From Eledone cirrhosa (taxonomy: Eukaryota): a stretch of 64,000 nt of DNA. Positions within the stretch are counted from its first letter, which is position 1. Each line of letters opens with the position of its first letter. The stretch is from NCBI GenBank assembly GCA_964016885.1, contig OZ024743.1, positions 323,144,001-323,208,000 of the forward strand, given 5' to 3'. Below, in pieces: positions 28,761-41,050 of this stretch. The notes under the pieces are model-generated. The model was not told the origin of the DNA and did no database searches. It saw only the letters and a program-made list of their open reading frames with translations. Position numbers and translations under genes: made by a program.

Positions 28761-29074
28761 ACTCAAACATGTAAAAAAAACACATATTCTAATCCATATG
28801 CAAATTTCCTATTCTACTCTCTTATAGCCACCATTACAAAACTCTTGCTCCATTTTCTATCAGTTAAAAACAATTTTGGAGACGTCTTGGTTAGAAAGGA
28901 TTAAATGACTCTAGCAACAGCTTGTTTCAACCTACATGTACCTGTACACTAATTGTAAATGTACACAACCTACCTGTACACTCATTATAAAGTACACAAA
29001 CTCTACTGTTTGTCTGCTTGACATCTCTAATTAATTAATATCCAAGATTTTCTTATTCTTTTAAACTTAACTTG

Positions 29075-30155
29075 AAACCATACAGGTGAAAATATTGTTC
29101 ATGTCACACACAAACTATCAAGTTCTATATACAGGTTGATGCAGGTAAAATAGCATTCATGTCACACACAAACTATAAAATTATATACACAGGTATATAC
29201 AAGTAGAAATATTCATGACACACAAACCAAGTAGAAATATTAATGTTACACAGGTAGAAATATTGTCACACACACAAACCAAGTTAGACACATGTAGAAA
29301 TATCATTCATGTCACACCCCAAGTTATATACACAGCAGGGGCGAAGGGTCCGTGCATGCAGTGCATGCGTTATAGAATCTTGAGTTGATCAATTGCGTCT
29401 GTTGAAGCAAGCAGAATTTTGGCTGCTTACTAAAACGTATAGACACAAAAAAAGATAACACACACGCACGCACGCACGCACGCGCACACACACACACACA
29501 CACAGCTTTGGGGCAAGCAGAATTTGACTGCTTACTAAATCGTAGACACATAAAAAGATAACACACACACTAGATAACACTACATGCGGCTTTGACCGGG
29601 AGGGTCATTTAGAGGGAATTCGAGGGGGGGGGGGGTAAGGCTGCACAGCCCCACTTTCCACCATGGCGATTGGACTGCATGCCCTGCTTTCCAGGTTACC
29701 CTTCGGCACTGATACACAGGTATATACAGGTAGAAATATCATTAATGCCACAAACCAAGTTATATACACAGGTATATACAGGTAGAAATATCATTAATGC
29801 CACAAACCAAGTTATATACACAGGTATATACAGGTAGAAATATCATTAATGCCACAAACCAAGTTATATACACAGGTATATACAGGTAGAAATATCATTA
29901 ATGCCACAAACCAAGTTATATACACAGGTATATACAGGTAGAAATATCATTGTCACACACCAAGTTATATACACAGGTATATACAGGTAGAAATATCATT
30001 AATGCCACAAACCAAGTTATATACACAGGTATATACAGGTAGAAATATCATTAATGCCACAAACCAAGTTATATACACAGGTATATACAGGTAGAAATAT
30101 CATTGTCACACACCAAGTTATATACACAGGTATATACAGGTAGAAATATTGTCAC
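29075..30155. repeat. 52-bp minisatellite (ACACAGGTATATACAGGTAGAAATATCATTAATGCCACAAACCAAGTTATAT), degenerate on left, homogeneous 29714-30150
   Basis: Unit starts at 29714 and 29766; about 8 well-conserved copies. Confidence 0.9.
29336..29711. mobile_element. hAT-type MITE inserted in the minisatellite
   Basis: TIRs CAGGGGCGAAGGGT / ACCCTTCGGCACTG; 8-bp TSD ATACACAG at 29328 and 29712. Confidence 0.82.
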
Positions 30156-30235
30156 ACTGTAGTTTCACTCATGTTAACTTTGACATTCACAAAGAGAAAG
30201 CTTTTATTCTTAGTTTTATTTATTTTTACTCACTT

Positions 30236-30275
<40 letters not shown>

Positions 30276-30960
30276 GGTGCTTGTATGTGTGGGGTCCCTA
30301 TGTATGTCTGTGTAGAGGTGTCTGTATGTCTGGGAAGGGGGTTACATGTCTGTGTATATGTATGTCTGCCTGTGTGTTGGTGTGTATGTATGTATGTATG
30401 TATGTGTGTGTGTGTGGGGGGGGGGTTATGAGGGGTTCTAAAATAGAGGAGAAAAAAGAGTGAAAAAAATGTTTGTTGTGTGTATTATGAGAGTATAGAA
30501 AGCGGTGTGTGTTTGTGTGTGAAAAAGTCTCTGATATTTAAAAAGTTCTACATTTTGTTAAAACTGTTGAGCCAATGAAAGAGCTTTACCTGCAAGAAAT
30601 AGCAGCCAAATTTCATTCAAATAGCTTCAAAGGGAATAAGATGGGAAGGGCACATAGAATAATGTAGTTCTAGATATCCCTAAATAGTTGTGATTGCCAG
30701 GGCTAAACAAGAACATCAATAATTAACCTGCAAGAAATAGCCAAATTTCCTCAAATACCACCCTACTATCTTAAGTAAATGAAGGCCACATTCAACTATG
30801 TAGTCTTATATACCACTAAAAAGATAAGATGGTTACAGCTGAAATGACTTTTATCATAGATCTGGGAAACATGAGTGGAGGAACCACTATATAGTTGATT
30901 AATAATTAAACTACTAAAATAGCTGCCAAATTTCCCTGAAATGATATATTACTATCTTAA

Positions 30961-32379
30961 CCCTTTAGCATTGAAACCAGCCGTATCTGGCCAGAATTTT
31001 CTCTCCACTTCCTATTCAAACTGGCTGTAACCAGCTGCTCATACTTATGTTGAGGTATTGTTCTCAAAATAAATATCAAAAATCTCTTAGATTCAATATT
31101 ATGTGAGATAATTATGTGAATAGTGTTTATTGTGAAAATACAATAGGAAATATAGGGTAATCATCATTACCGTTTTACGTCCGTTCTTCCACGCTAGTAT
31201 GGGTTAGACGGGTTGTCCTGTTGTGGGTAGTGTCTGGTCGGCTGACCATGCCTTGCTCATACAGGAACTGAGTTGGCTTGATTTCTACAGCTGGATGCCC
31301 TTCCTAACACCAACCTCATTTACAGTGAGTGCTGGGTGCATTTTCGTGGCGCCTACACGTCCACTTTACAGTGTGGGCTGGGTGCTTTTTTGCCGTGGCA
31401 CCTCCACGACCACCTTGCGGTGGGGTGTGTGGGGGCGTATTGTCTATATGCTTCAGCTTGTACCCATGGGAGGTCGGGTACTCTGTATTACTGCGTGACG
31501 CCAGAGGTCACGGTCGTGTGTCATTGCCTTTGAGAGGTGTAATTGGGTAAGGTCGGCTTTTATCACCTCATCCCAGGTCATCTTGGGTCTCCCCCACTCC
31601 GCGGTTTCCATCGACTTCTAGTGTTGTGCACCTTTTTATGCAGCTGTCATCCTTCATACGCATCACATGTCCATACCAATGCAACCGCCTCTCCTGCACA
31701 CAGCATTTGATTCCTCTTATGCTCAGTCTCTCTCTCAATTCATTTATGCTTTGCCGTTCGCCTATATTACTGTTACACATCCATCAGAGCATGCAGGCTT
31801 CGTTTCTCTCTAATCTACGTAAGTCTTCCACCTTCAGCGCCCAGGTCTCACAACCATGCAACATCGCTGTTCGGATGCACGCATCATACAGTCTGCCTTT
31901 CATTCTGAGGGAGAAGCCTTTTGCAGCTAGCAGTGGTAGTAGTTCCCTAAACTTTTTCCATCCCGTTCTTACCCTAGTTATTGTACTTTCTGAACACCCA
32001 CCTCCGCTGCTAATTCGGTCACCTAGGTAGCAGAAGCTGTCTACTGTTTCTACAGAGCCCTCCCAGAGATTGGTGGTACTTGTTTCCTGTGGCTGCTTGC
32101 TGTCTCAGCACAGCTGCTGCATGTGAAGCCTACATTCTTAATTAAGCTTCCTGAGATCCCGCTACATCTCTTGTGTACCCATTGTTTGCATTTGGGGCAG
32201 AGCATGGAGTTCCTACCAACACCTTTCCTACATACTGAGCAAGGCCATTTCCCTGAGGGGATCTGGGTTCTGTTTTCTCGTCTACTTACAAGGACCTGAG
32301 TCTTTGTCATGTTGACTTTGAGACCCTTTCTTTCTAGTCCCTGCTTCCAAGTTTGGAATTTATTGTAAATGCTAAAGGG
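30961..32379. mobile_element. piggyBac-type MITE split by an RTE insertion
   Basis: TTAA-CCCTTTAGCATT left end, AATGCTAAAGGG right end; body matches 52614 and 58972 copies. Confidence 0.8.
31160..32364 (-). mobile_element. RTE LINE family C, 5'-truncated
   Basis: NKFQTWKQG..WPCSVCRK..; 3'UTR matches 6656-6940. Confidence 0.92.
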
Positions 32380-32877
32380 TTTAAATGGGAAGTACACATT
32401 GGATAATGTGGTCCTGAATAAATGATGCTATGGTCACAGTTGGTGATAGGTGGCTCAATCAAGCTGTCTTGGAGTTAAACAAAAATAACATGTTAGTGTG
32501 TTTAAAAACATCTCTGCACACTCATCACCACATCAACATTATGTTTCGTTAGAGATATGGTAATGAAAGGATTGATTATATAATATTTTCTTGCGTTTAG
32601 TATGTCTTTAATAGCTCTGCAGTTATTCAAAACATTTTTCTGTGTTCATTTTTCATAATTTCACCTGTGAGACCCAAGATTCTCAAAATTATTTCATTAA
32701 GTCATTATATTTCATCTAATATTTATCATCAAATCACATTGTATGTCCTTATCAATACGACCGTGTCTTTGAGGAATGTGGCTCTTTGAATTATTGGAGG
32801 GTAGAAAATCATAATATCTACTCTACTTTCTGAAGAATTGAGTACTAACAGGATCTTAAAAGTCTTAACTAGTAACT

Positions 32878-32923
<46 letters not shown>

Positions 32924-32951
32924 AAAATCCGAAGGCAAGGTAAAATTCCAA

Positions 32952-33039
32952 TCATTTAATCACGACACATGTTTCAATAAGAGATAGATCGATTGTGAAG
33001 CCATGATCGATTATCACTGATCTCATCAGGTGAAAATGA
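32952..33039 (-). ncRNA. Type-I hammerhead ribozyme with long stem II
   Basis: ucauuu-UCAC CUGAUGA [G..gauaaucgau../aucgaucuauc..U] GAAA CA ug UG UC | GUGA-uu-aaauga; GUC cleavage triplet; palindromic ACAUGU in stem III. Confidence 0.75.
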
Positions 33040-34051
33040 ATTGTCTTCAAATTTTTGATATGAGGGAGAAAAAATAACGATGTTCTCTCACAGAATTCAT
33101 TCCCTCATATGGAGACACGGCGACTGCTATTAGCTTCAGTTGAGGTCATAAGTTTTCAGATTTCTATCGGTGCAAAAGACGCTGGACATCAATCAAATCT
33201 GTAGAGATACAGTCAGTCACAGTTAAAAGTGAGTGGGTACACACACACTCCACACCCACATACATCAGCTCGAGGTCAAAGAAAAATATATACATATATA
33301 TACACGCATCAACACAGTATTAAACCCGTAGAGTTAGTGTGGGTGGGTACACACACACTTTCACACACACCGAAGCGATGTCCGAGAAAAAAACAAATAT
33401 AATAAAACAAATATAAGAATGTACCAACACAGCAATCACCGAAAGTTAGTTCACAAAGCAACAGAAGCTATGTTGGTCAAATCTCAATTTGACGATGTAA
33501 ATTGGAAATATTGGGTTAACCAACGCCCCACGCACGCACGCACGCACGCACACACGCAAGTAAGTTCAGTTCAGTGTTCTGCTATACGTGTATAGATCGA
33601 ATTGTAACATCCATATCTTCAAGTGTATGTTATGGTATATACACATCCGAATCGTCCAAAAAAGGGTATGTCCGGGTATATACACATCCATGTGAAGAGC
33701 AAGCAATCAGCTCATGTCGAACTCCTTGTGTACTGCTGTCCCATTGAGAATCCGTGTCACCAAATCCGTGCATGCAAGCAACCGTAATGTAGGCCGGCAA
33801 AGGGCTCCCTGAAGGGTTGGGTATTGGGTAAATGTGTCCGCAAGTGCGATTTCACGTCATATGGGCCAATGAGCTTTTAAGATAATTGTTTGAGTGGTGG
33901 AGGTGTGTTATCCAACACAGAAGGTGAAGTAAGAAAACACAGGACAGTAAAATCCAAAGGATGTGTGTAGGCCCATTATATATATAATGTCCCAAGGCTC
34001 TGATACCATCGACACCAAAAACACAGAGTTGGCATATCTAAGAACTGACTA

Positions 34052-34107
34052 ACTGCCTGATGAGGTCATAGCCATTCAATGGTTATCATCGAAATATATA
34101 TAGCAGT
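34052..34107 (+). ncRNA. Minimal type-I hammerhead ribozyme
   Basis: ACUGC CUGAUGA [GGUcAUAGCCAU uca AUGGUUAUcAUC] GAAA UAUAUA UA | GCAGU; predicted cut after 34102. Confidence 0.82.
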
Positions 34108-34177
34108 AAATAAAGGATTATGATTTCATGCAATTGACTTATGTTTCGTCACTATATATATATATATATATATATTA

Positions 34178-34519
34178 TCATCATCATCATCATTTTACGT
34201 CCGCTTTTCCCTGCTTGCAAGGGTGGGATGGGAACTGATTCTGGCTTGATTTCTACAGATGGATGCCCTTCCTAACACCAACCTCATTTTTAGTGAGTGC
34301 TGGGTGCTTTTTTTTGCCGTGGCACCTCCACGACCACTTTGTAGTGGAATGATAGGGACCCCAGTCCCTATCATCTCATTTCTACACCTGAGTAAACTGG
34401 AGCAATGTGAAATAAAGTGTCTTGCTCAAGGAAACAACACATCACCCGGTCTGAGAATTGAACTCACAACCTTTCAATTGCAAGGCCAATGCCCTAACCA
34501 CTAAGCCATGTGCCTCCAT
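34178..34519 (-). mobile_element. tRNA-derived SINE
   Basis: Reverse complement of the 13942 family. Confidence 0.87.
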
Positions 34520-34572
34520 CCATATATATATAATTATATAGTAACTCCCTATATATATATAAATATATATAT

Positions 34573-35781
34573 AATTCCAAACTTGGAAGCAGGGACTAGA
34601 AAGAAAGGGTCTCAAAGTCAACCTGACAAAGACTAAGGTCCTTGTAAGTAGACGAGAAAACAGAACCCAGATCCCCCTCAGGGAAATAGCCTTGCTCAGT
34701 ATATAGGAAAGGTGTAGGTAGGAACTCCATTCTCTGCCCCAAATGCAAACAATGGGTACACAAGAGATGTAGCAGGATCTCGGGAAGCTTAACTAAGAAT
34801 GTAGGCTTTACATGTAGCAGCTGTGCTGGGACAGCAAGCAGCAAACAGCCACAGGAAACAAGTACCACCAATCTCTGGGAGGGCTCTGTAGAAACAGTAG
34901 ACAGCTTCTGCTACCTAGGTGACCGAATTAACAGTGGAGGTGGCTGTTCAGAAAGTACAATAACTAGGGTATGAACGGGATGGAAGAAGTTCAGGGAGCT
35001 ACTGCCACTGCTAGCTGCAAAAGGCTTTTCCCTCAAAATGAAAGGCAGACTGTATGATGCGTGTATACAAACAGCAATGTTACATGGTAGTGAGACCTGG
35101 GCACTGTCTGTGGAAGACTTGCATAGATTAGAAAGAAATGAAACCTGCATGCTCCGATGGATGTGTAATAGTAATATAGGCGAACGGCAAAGCATAAATG
35201 AATTGAGAGAGAGACTGAGCATAAGGAGAATCAAATGCTGTGTGCAGGCAAGGCGGTTGCGTTGGTATGGACATGTGATGCGTATGAAGGATGACAGCTG
35301 CATAAAAAGGTGCACAACACTAGAAGTCGATGGAAACCGCGGAGTGGGGAGACCCAAGAAGACCTGGGATGAGGTGATAAAAGCCGACCTTACCCAATTA
35401 CACCTCTCAAAGGCGATGACACACGACCGTGACCTCTGGCCTCGCGCAGTAATACAGAAGACCTGACTCCCCACGGGTACAAACCGAAGCTGAAGCATAT
35501 AGACAATATGTCCCCACACTGCAGAGTGGTCGTGGAGGTGCCACGGCAAAAAAGCACCCAGCCCACACTGTAAAGTGGACGTGTAGGCGCCACGGAAAAA
35601 AAGCACCCAGCACTCAATGTAAATGAGGTTGGTGTGAGGAAGGGCATCCAGCTGTAGAAATCAAGCCAGAATCAGTTCCTGTATGAACAAGACAAGGTCA
35701 GCCGACCGGACACTGCCCACAACAGGACAACCTGTCTAACCCATGCTAGCGTAGAAGAACGGACGTAAAACGATGATGATG

Positions 35782-35783
<2 letters not shown>
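34573..35783 (+). mobile_element. RTE LINE family C, 5'-truncated
   Basis: ORF 35038..35466 plus upstream PHD region with stops; 3'UTR; ATG tail. Confidence 0.92.
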
Positions 35784-35814
<31 letters not shown>

Positions 35815-37189
35815 AAAAAGAAGTTGGAAATGCAATTGAAGTCTTTAAAGGGGGTTTATTTACACTAACTTAGCACATTACTGGTTTCATGTTTTGTGAT
35901 TTTCAAAAGTTTAGAGAGATGGAGAGATGTGTGGCTATGCCGACTTTTAACTTGCATCTAACTGATGTTGGGAATTTCTTTCAGTTTTATGCAAAAAAGT
36001 GACTCAGATTGCTATGTTTAGCCCCAAATCATCCCCTTTGAAGCAGACCTATGATCAAATCTATCCTAGTAAGGACCATTCAATCATTTTGTATATCTAG
36101 GACTATATTATCTTATGTCTTTGTTTAATGGTAAGGTTTGATTTAAATGAATTTGGCTGCTTTTTCTAGCAGATCAAGTGACTGCATTATAATCCTTTCC
36201 AGATCATCTTTCAACCTTACAACACAATACATATAAACCCACTTTATGATAGTGTGAGGTATTGATTGCAGACCAGGTGAAAGCATGACATATTTGAGAT
36301 AAGTTCTTGATCTAATGTTTGACATGATTGAGATAAGGTCTTGGCAGGTACTACTCTTAAGTACTTCTATGGTCTGGTTTTAGCTAAAGCAGATATGACT
36401 GATATATTAAAGCACATCAAAGATAATAAAACCAGTTTATTTATTCAACTAATACCATTTCTTACTTAGCTGTTACATATAAGCCAATGAGAGAACCTCT
36501 ATATAGCAGCTCAAGCTATTTGAAATAGTAGCCAAATATCCCTCAAATCACTCCTCACCATCTTATCTCTTTTGATATCAAGCTGCCCCAAACCACTCCT
36601 GGTTTTATGATAGAAAGCTGTTTGTTTTAAAGATTTTTATGAAACCTTCCATCATAATTTTATGTTAGAACATTTGTTAAAACATACAGTATAAAAATGA
36701 GAAAGATACTTATATTGTTGTTAAATCCCTCCAAATTTTTGATTATTTTCAAAATTATTTGAAATCCATGGGAAGTATTATTCATGAGAATTATGGTAAT
36801 TACGGTTAGTGTAAATCCTGTATACAATGTGCCTGAAAGAAAAATGTGGACCGACTATGGCTGGGATGTTTTTGATTTTATATCTGCTGGATCAGAACAA
36901 ACTTCAGGTTAAACAAACAGTAAAAATATAGCTATAAAACTATGATTCAGGAATCACATAGTTTCAACCTTAAATCAACTGACCTTTTCATTGACCTCTT
37001 GCATAGGTATAAGGCCTCATATTTATGAGGAGAGGTGTTGTTCATGCCATGATTGGTACATTAGCAAGATAATTGAAGGAAAGTGAAATTGTTCCAGCCA
37101 GATATTGAGAGAAGTCTGTTGATTCAGCTCAATAGGAGCTTGATACCTTTTATTCTAACGGTCATCAATCTATAATTTGAAAACATTAT

Positions 37190-37330
37190 TGGATTGGCAG
37201 TATCAGTAGAGGGTTGGACGCCATACTTTGCAGCATAGTTACGTCCCTTTACGGTCTGAGTTCATATCCCGCTAGTGTTAACTTTGCCTTTCATCCTTAT
37301 GGGGTCAATAAAATAAAGTACCAGTTATGC
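37190..37330 (+). mobile_element. Second SINE family (Meta-domain-like)
   Basis: GAGTTCA.ATCCCG..GTTAACTTTGCCTTTCATCC..GGGGTCAATAAAATAAAGTACCAG; fragments also near 38732, 42515, 52035, 58780. Confidence 0.65.
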
Positions 37331-37931
37331 ACTGAGTAATTGCTGGTATTGTGACAAAAGTAGAAACAATTATTATTAATACAAACAAAAGAATGTGGTT
37401 ACTAAACTTGCTAGTAAGAACAGTCAAATCTCCCTCAAATCACACCCAACTGTACTACAAAGAAAGAGGGAAAAAAGAAAACATACATAAGATAATGTAG
37501 GCCTGAATATAGTGTCTGAAAATATGGTGTGATGGTCATGGATGGAAAACATGATAGATCTACTTGTTCAGTTAAACAATAACAATTATAATTCATAAAG
37601 GGTTGGGAAGACACTTCAGTTGTGTCAAAGACATGACAACCTTCCTAGTGTTGGGGACCTACATGATAAACACACCCAGTACATGCTGTATAGTGGTTGG
37701 TGATAGGACAGGATCCAGTTTTCCAAACAAATAGTTGGAAGGAGCCTCCAGTTGAGTGGTGTCAAAGACATGACAGCCTCTCTGGTGCTGGTGCTACAAT
37801 AAAATGCCCTTTGTAGAATGTGGGACCATATGTGACTTAAAGGGCTGTAAACTAATAATAATAGTGTGTCTATTGATGTTTGTTTTAGCTTCATTGTGTT
37901 TCTATTACAATTGTTTGTTTTTCTATTACAG

Positions 37932-38036
37932 ATAGGAGAATTAACACACAAATATCTGTTTCAACACTCTGGAATAGCAAAACGTTCTTTATCACCAAGT
38001 CATACACACCTAGAAAGATTATCAAAGGACCAAAAT
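37932..38036 (+). CDS. Furin-like proprotein convertase, prodomain exon
   Basis: ttacag|IGELTHKYLFQHSGIAKRSLSPSHTHLERLSKDQN|gtaagt; aligns with furin IFGDYYHFWHRGVTKRSLSPH..; phase 0/0. Confidence 0.88.
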
Positions 38037-38296
38037 GTAAGTGATCTTCAGTTTTCTATTCTCTATTCATTCTTACAAGCAACAACAAAAATATAGCTAT
38101 TTATTTTGTTATTATTTTACCTGTTTGGTATGAATTTATTTTTAGCTTCGCTTCTTCAAAACAAATTACAGACCTTTCTATGCATTACTTGTTTTCATCT
38201 TGTTAACAACCTAATCTGTTAGGGGCAGCGGATGGCAGAATTAGTGCAGTCTTGAATAAAATACCTAGTGGTGTTTGTTTCTTTGCATTCCTTTCT

Positions 38297-38730
38297 GGAC
38301 CGAGATCTTTGGCGCTACGCAGTAATACAGAAGACCCGCCTTGCCTAAGTACAAAGTGAAACCTACAGTCAGTAGGCACCTCCTAACCAAAAATACACCC
38401 CCATCCCACTACTCATACCCCCACCCCCATCTACACCACCCCTTTCTCTGTAAAGTTATGTTGGTGCCACAACATCCAGTCCTAAATAAATGAGGTCGTG
38501 TAGGTGTCACGACAAAAAATGTGGCAGTGTAGGTAACACGGTAAAAATCTCCCAGTCCACACTGTAAACGTAGTTGGTGTTAGGAAAGGCATCCAGCCGT
38601 AGAAAACCCGCCAGACAGTCCTATACGAGCAAGACAACCAATCTTGCCTCACGTGGGACAATCCCCATCTAAACCCATGCTAGCGTGGAAGATAGACGTT
38701 AAACAATGATAATGATGATGATGATGATGA
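38297..38730 (+). mobile_element. RTE family B 3' end
   Basis: Matches 63545-63970. Confidence 0.85.
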
Positions 38731-39916
38731 TCAAATCCTGCCAGTCAACTTTGCCCTTCATCCTTTTGAGGTCAATAAAATAAAGTACCAGACTTCAAGT
38801 ATTTTTTGAGTTCAATATAATATGCATCCCAGAATGGCCACTGTCCAATGACTGAAGCCAATAAAAAAAATATATATAAAAGAATAATGAATTAACATTA
38901 CATCAGTTAGCTTGAAAGGGAGTGCTCCAGTATGGCCTTGACTGTGATTGCTAAAACAAACTTAAGAACTGACTCAACCTCAGCTTGGTGTTACCTCATT
39001 AAACTTATGCTAGCATGGAAAATAGAAATTAAATGGTGATGATGATGATCTCTTCCTGATAAAATCTAAGGTCCAGAGAAACTAGCATTGGTTTCTGTGA
39101 TTTTAGTTGGGTGATGTAATCTGTTATCTGATTTGACACAACTGCCTGGCCTATAAGTTTCTTTACCAGACCAGATGCTGTTGCAAGTATTGGAGCCAGT
39201 TATGTATGGGAAATAGCTTCCTCCATTTCACCCACCAGTAACTTGGAAGCTCTGGGATAGTTCATTGGTGTTACTCTTCCAACTCTGAGTAAATCTTGTT
39301 GAAACAAAAACAAAAAAACAGGGGTAGCTATTATTTATTTACAACTAATCAGTTTACATGTCCATATAGAGCTAGTAAACCATGACAGACTAGGGGAGGT
39401 ATGCCTCCCCTAGTCTGTCATAAAGTTAAGAAACAAAATAGACAGGGGGATAAAAGAGGTGAGAGGAGACTGACAGGTAGTAAAGGAAGCATAAAAATTA
39501 ATAAGATAAATAAAAAATGGAATACAAGGACAGCTGTAAAACAGCTAAAAGTTTCTGTTGTTGAATCTATTCTGTATCCTGTATGTACTGAAAGATCTTG
39601 TTTATAGTTGGTAGATCATTGACAATATATTCTATCTTGGTAGTGTTTTTAATGATCAGCTTCAAGATGTCCTCTTTCTCAGACTGATAGTTTCTACATT
39701 GGAAAATATAGTGCCATAGAGTTTCTGGGAAGCTATATTCTCAGTACTACCATAAACATTTAAAAAATTCTCTGTGATAAAAGGCTTGGCTCAAAAGATG
39801 AGGATTCTTTTCTCTTCATAGCTTAAACTTATCAAATTTTCTGGACTTATTTATTTATCTAATACCCTTTACAGCAGCTACTTCTTGTTACCCTATTAAC
39901 TTCATATCTATTTTAA

Positions 39917-40146
39917 CCCTTTTGTTACCTATCCGGCCAAAACCAGTTCTGGTTCTATAAAATAAAACCACCCATTTTAAAAGTTTCTAATTTAAATTAA
40001 AATCTTTCAACATAATTTTATATAAGAACCTTACATTAAGTTACTGTCTTAGCAATGAAATAATTAATAATTTTAGTAAATCCCTAAAAATGTTTCATTA
40101 ATTAATTGAAACAGTGTATTTTATGAGAAATGTTGTCATGAAAGGG
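39917..40146. mobile_element. piggyBac-type MITE (second subfamily)
   Basis: TTAA-CCCTTT...AAAGGG-TTAA; related partial copies near 20860-21070 and 36570-36800. Confidence 0.65.
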
Positions 40147-40713
40147 TTAAATTAATTATACACAATGAAAGCTTCTTATTGAAATCAATTTGGGATGAAG
40201 CTTTTTCAATAACAATAATTTGCTGATAACATTAAACAAATTAAAAAGCTTGGGACTCACTAATTTTAATAACAATAAGCATTTGGTAACACTGTCTATG
40301 ATTATAAGCAGCTTTCACTGTATTTATATAATTTTGATATTGCAACCGGTAGATAGCATCAACAATGGAAATATTGTTTCCTTGGTCCAATTTGATGAGT
40401 TCCGTCACACTCTAAACGAATGAGGTCGATCAAATAATTAAAAAAAATATAAACCTTTCTAAGTTTATATTTCCTTAATTTTACATTGGATTTTAATAGC
40501 AGCCCTCTTCTTAATATTATATTTAGTATTTAGTATTGTATTTGGTGGTAGTAGTTGCTGTTGTTGTTTAGGTGCAGGTCAGCCATGACAAAGCTTTAAC
40601 TATAATCAAAATCTTCCAACCATGACCATCCCATCTTTTGTTAGACATAATATATTTAGGCTTACATTAGTTAATATGTCCTTTTTAAAGACAGTAGGGT
40701 GTGAAGTAAATGT

Positions 40714-41050
40714 GAAGGCATGTGGCTCAATGGTTAGAGGGTTGGATTGACGGTCATTACGTTGTGTTTGATCGCTGAACCAGGCATTGTGTCCTTGAGC
40801 AAGACGCTTTGATTTCACATTGATCCAGTTCACTCAGCTGTAGAAATGACCTATGACATCAATTGTGCCAAGCTGTATCAGCCTTTCCCTTGGACTACAT
40901 CAGTGGTGTGGTGTGGTGTGGAGAGGGGAGACTGGTATGCATGGGTGATTGCTGGTCTTGCACAAAATCTCCTTGCTTGGACTTGTCTCGGAGGGGAGCC
41001 TTCTAGGTCCAAAAACCCTTGGTTATTCATGATCAAAATGAGTCTTATGG
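40714..41050 (+). mobile_element. Older tRNA-derived SINE with Deu/Nin-like domain and different tail
   Basis: TGGCTCAATGGTTAGA head; GTGTCCTTGAGCAAGACGCTTT..CTCAGCTGTAGAAATG. Confidence 0.65.

Larger units (their letters stand above)
32917..34152. mobile_element. Non-coding element between (TA)n tracts with two different outward-facing hammerheads
   Basis: No ORF in track; (TA)n on both sides; hammerhead about 35-45 nt inside each end. Confidence 0.65.

Noticed and set aside
33853-33987. CACGTCA, CCAAT and TATA-like motifs upstream of the 34052 hammerhead
   Set aside because: Compatible with a pLTR promoter, but such short motifs are common in AT-rich DNA
16861-37900. Search for the signal-peptide/first prodomain exon of the convertase
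   Set aside because: No segment with a WAV..GG..HGF..LG-like motif and splice sites recognised by eye; probably upstream of the window or too diverged
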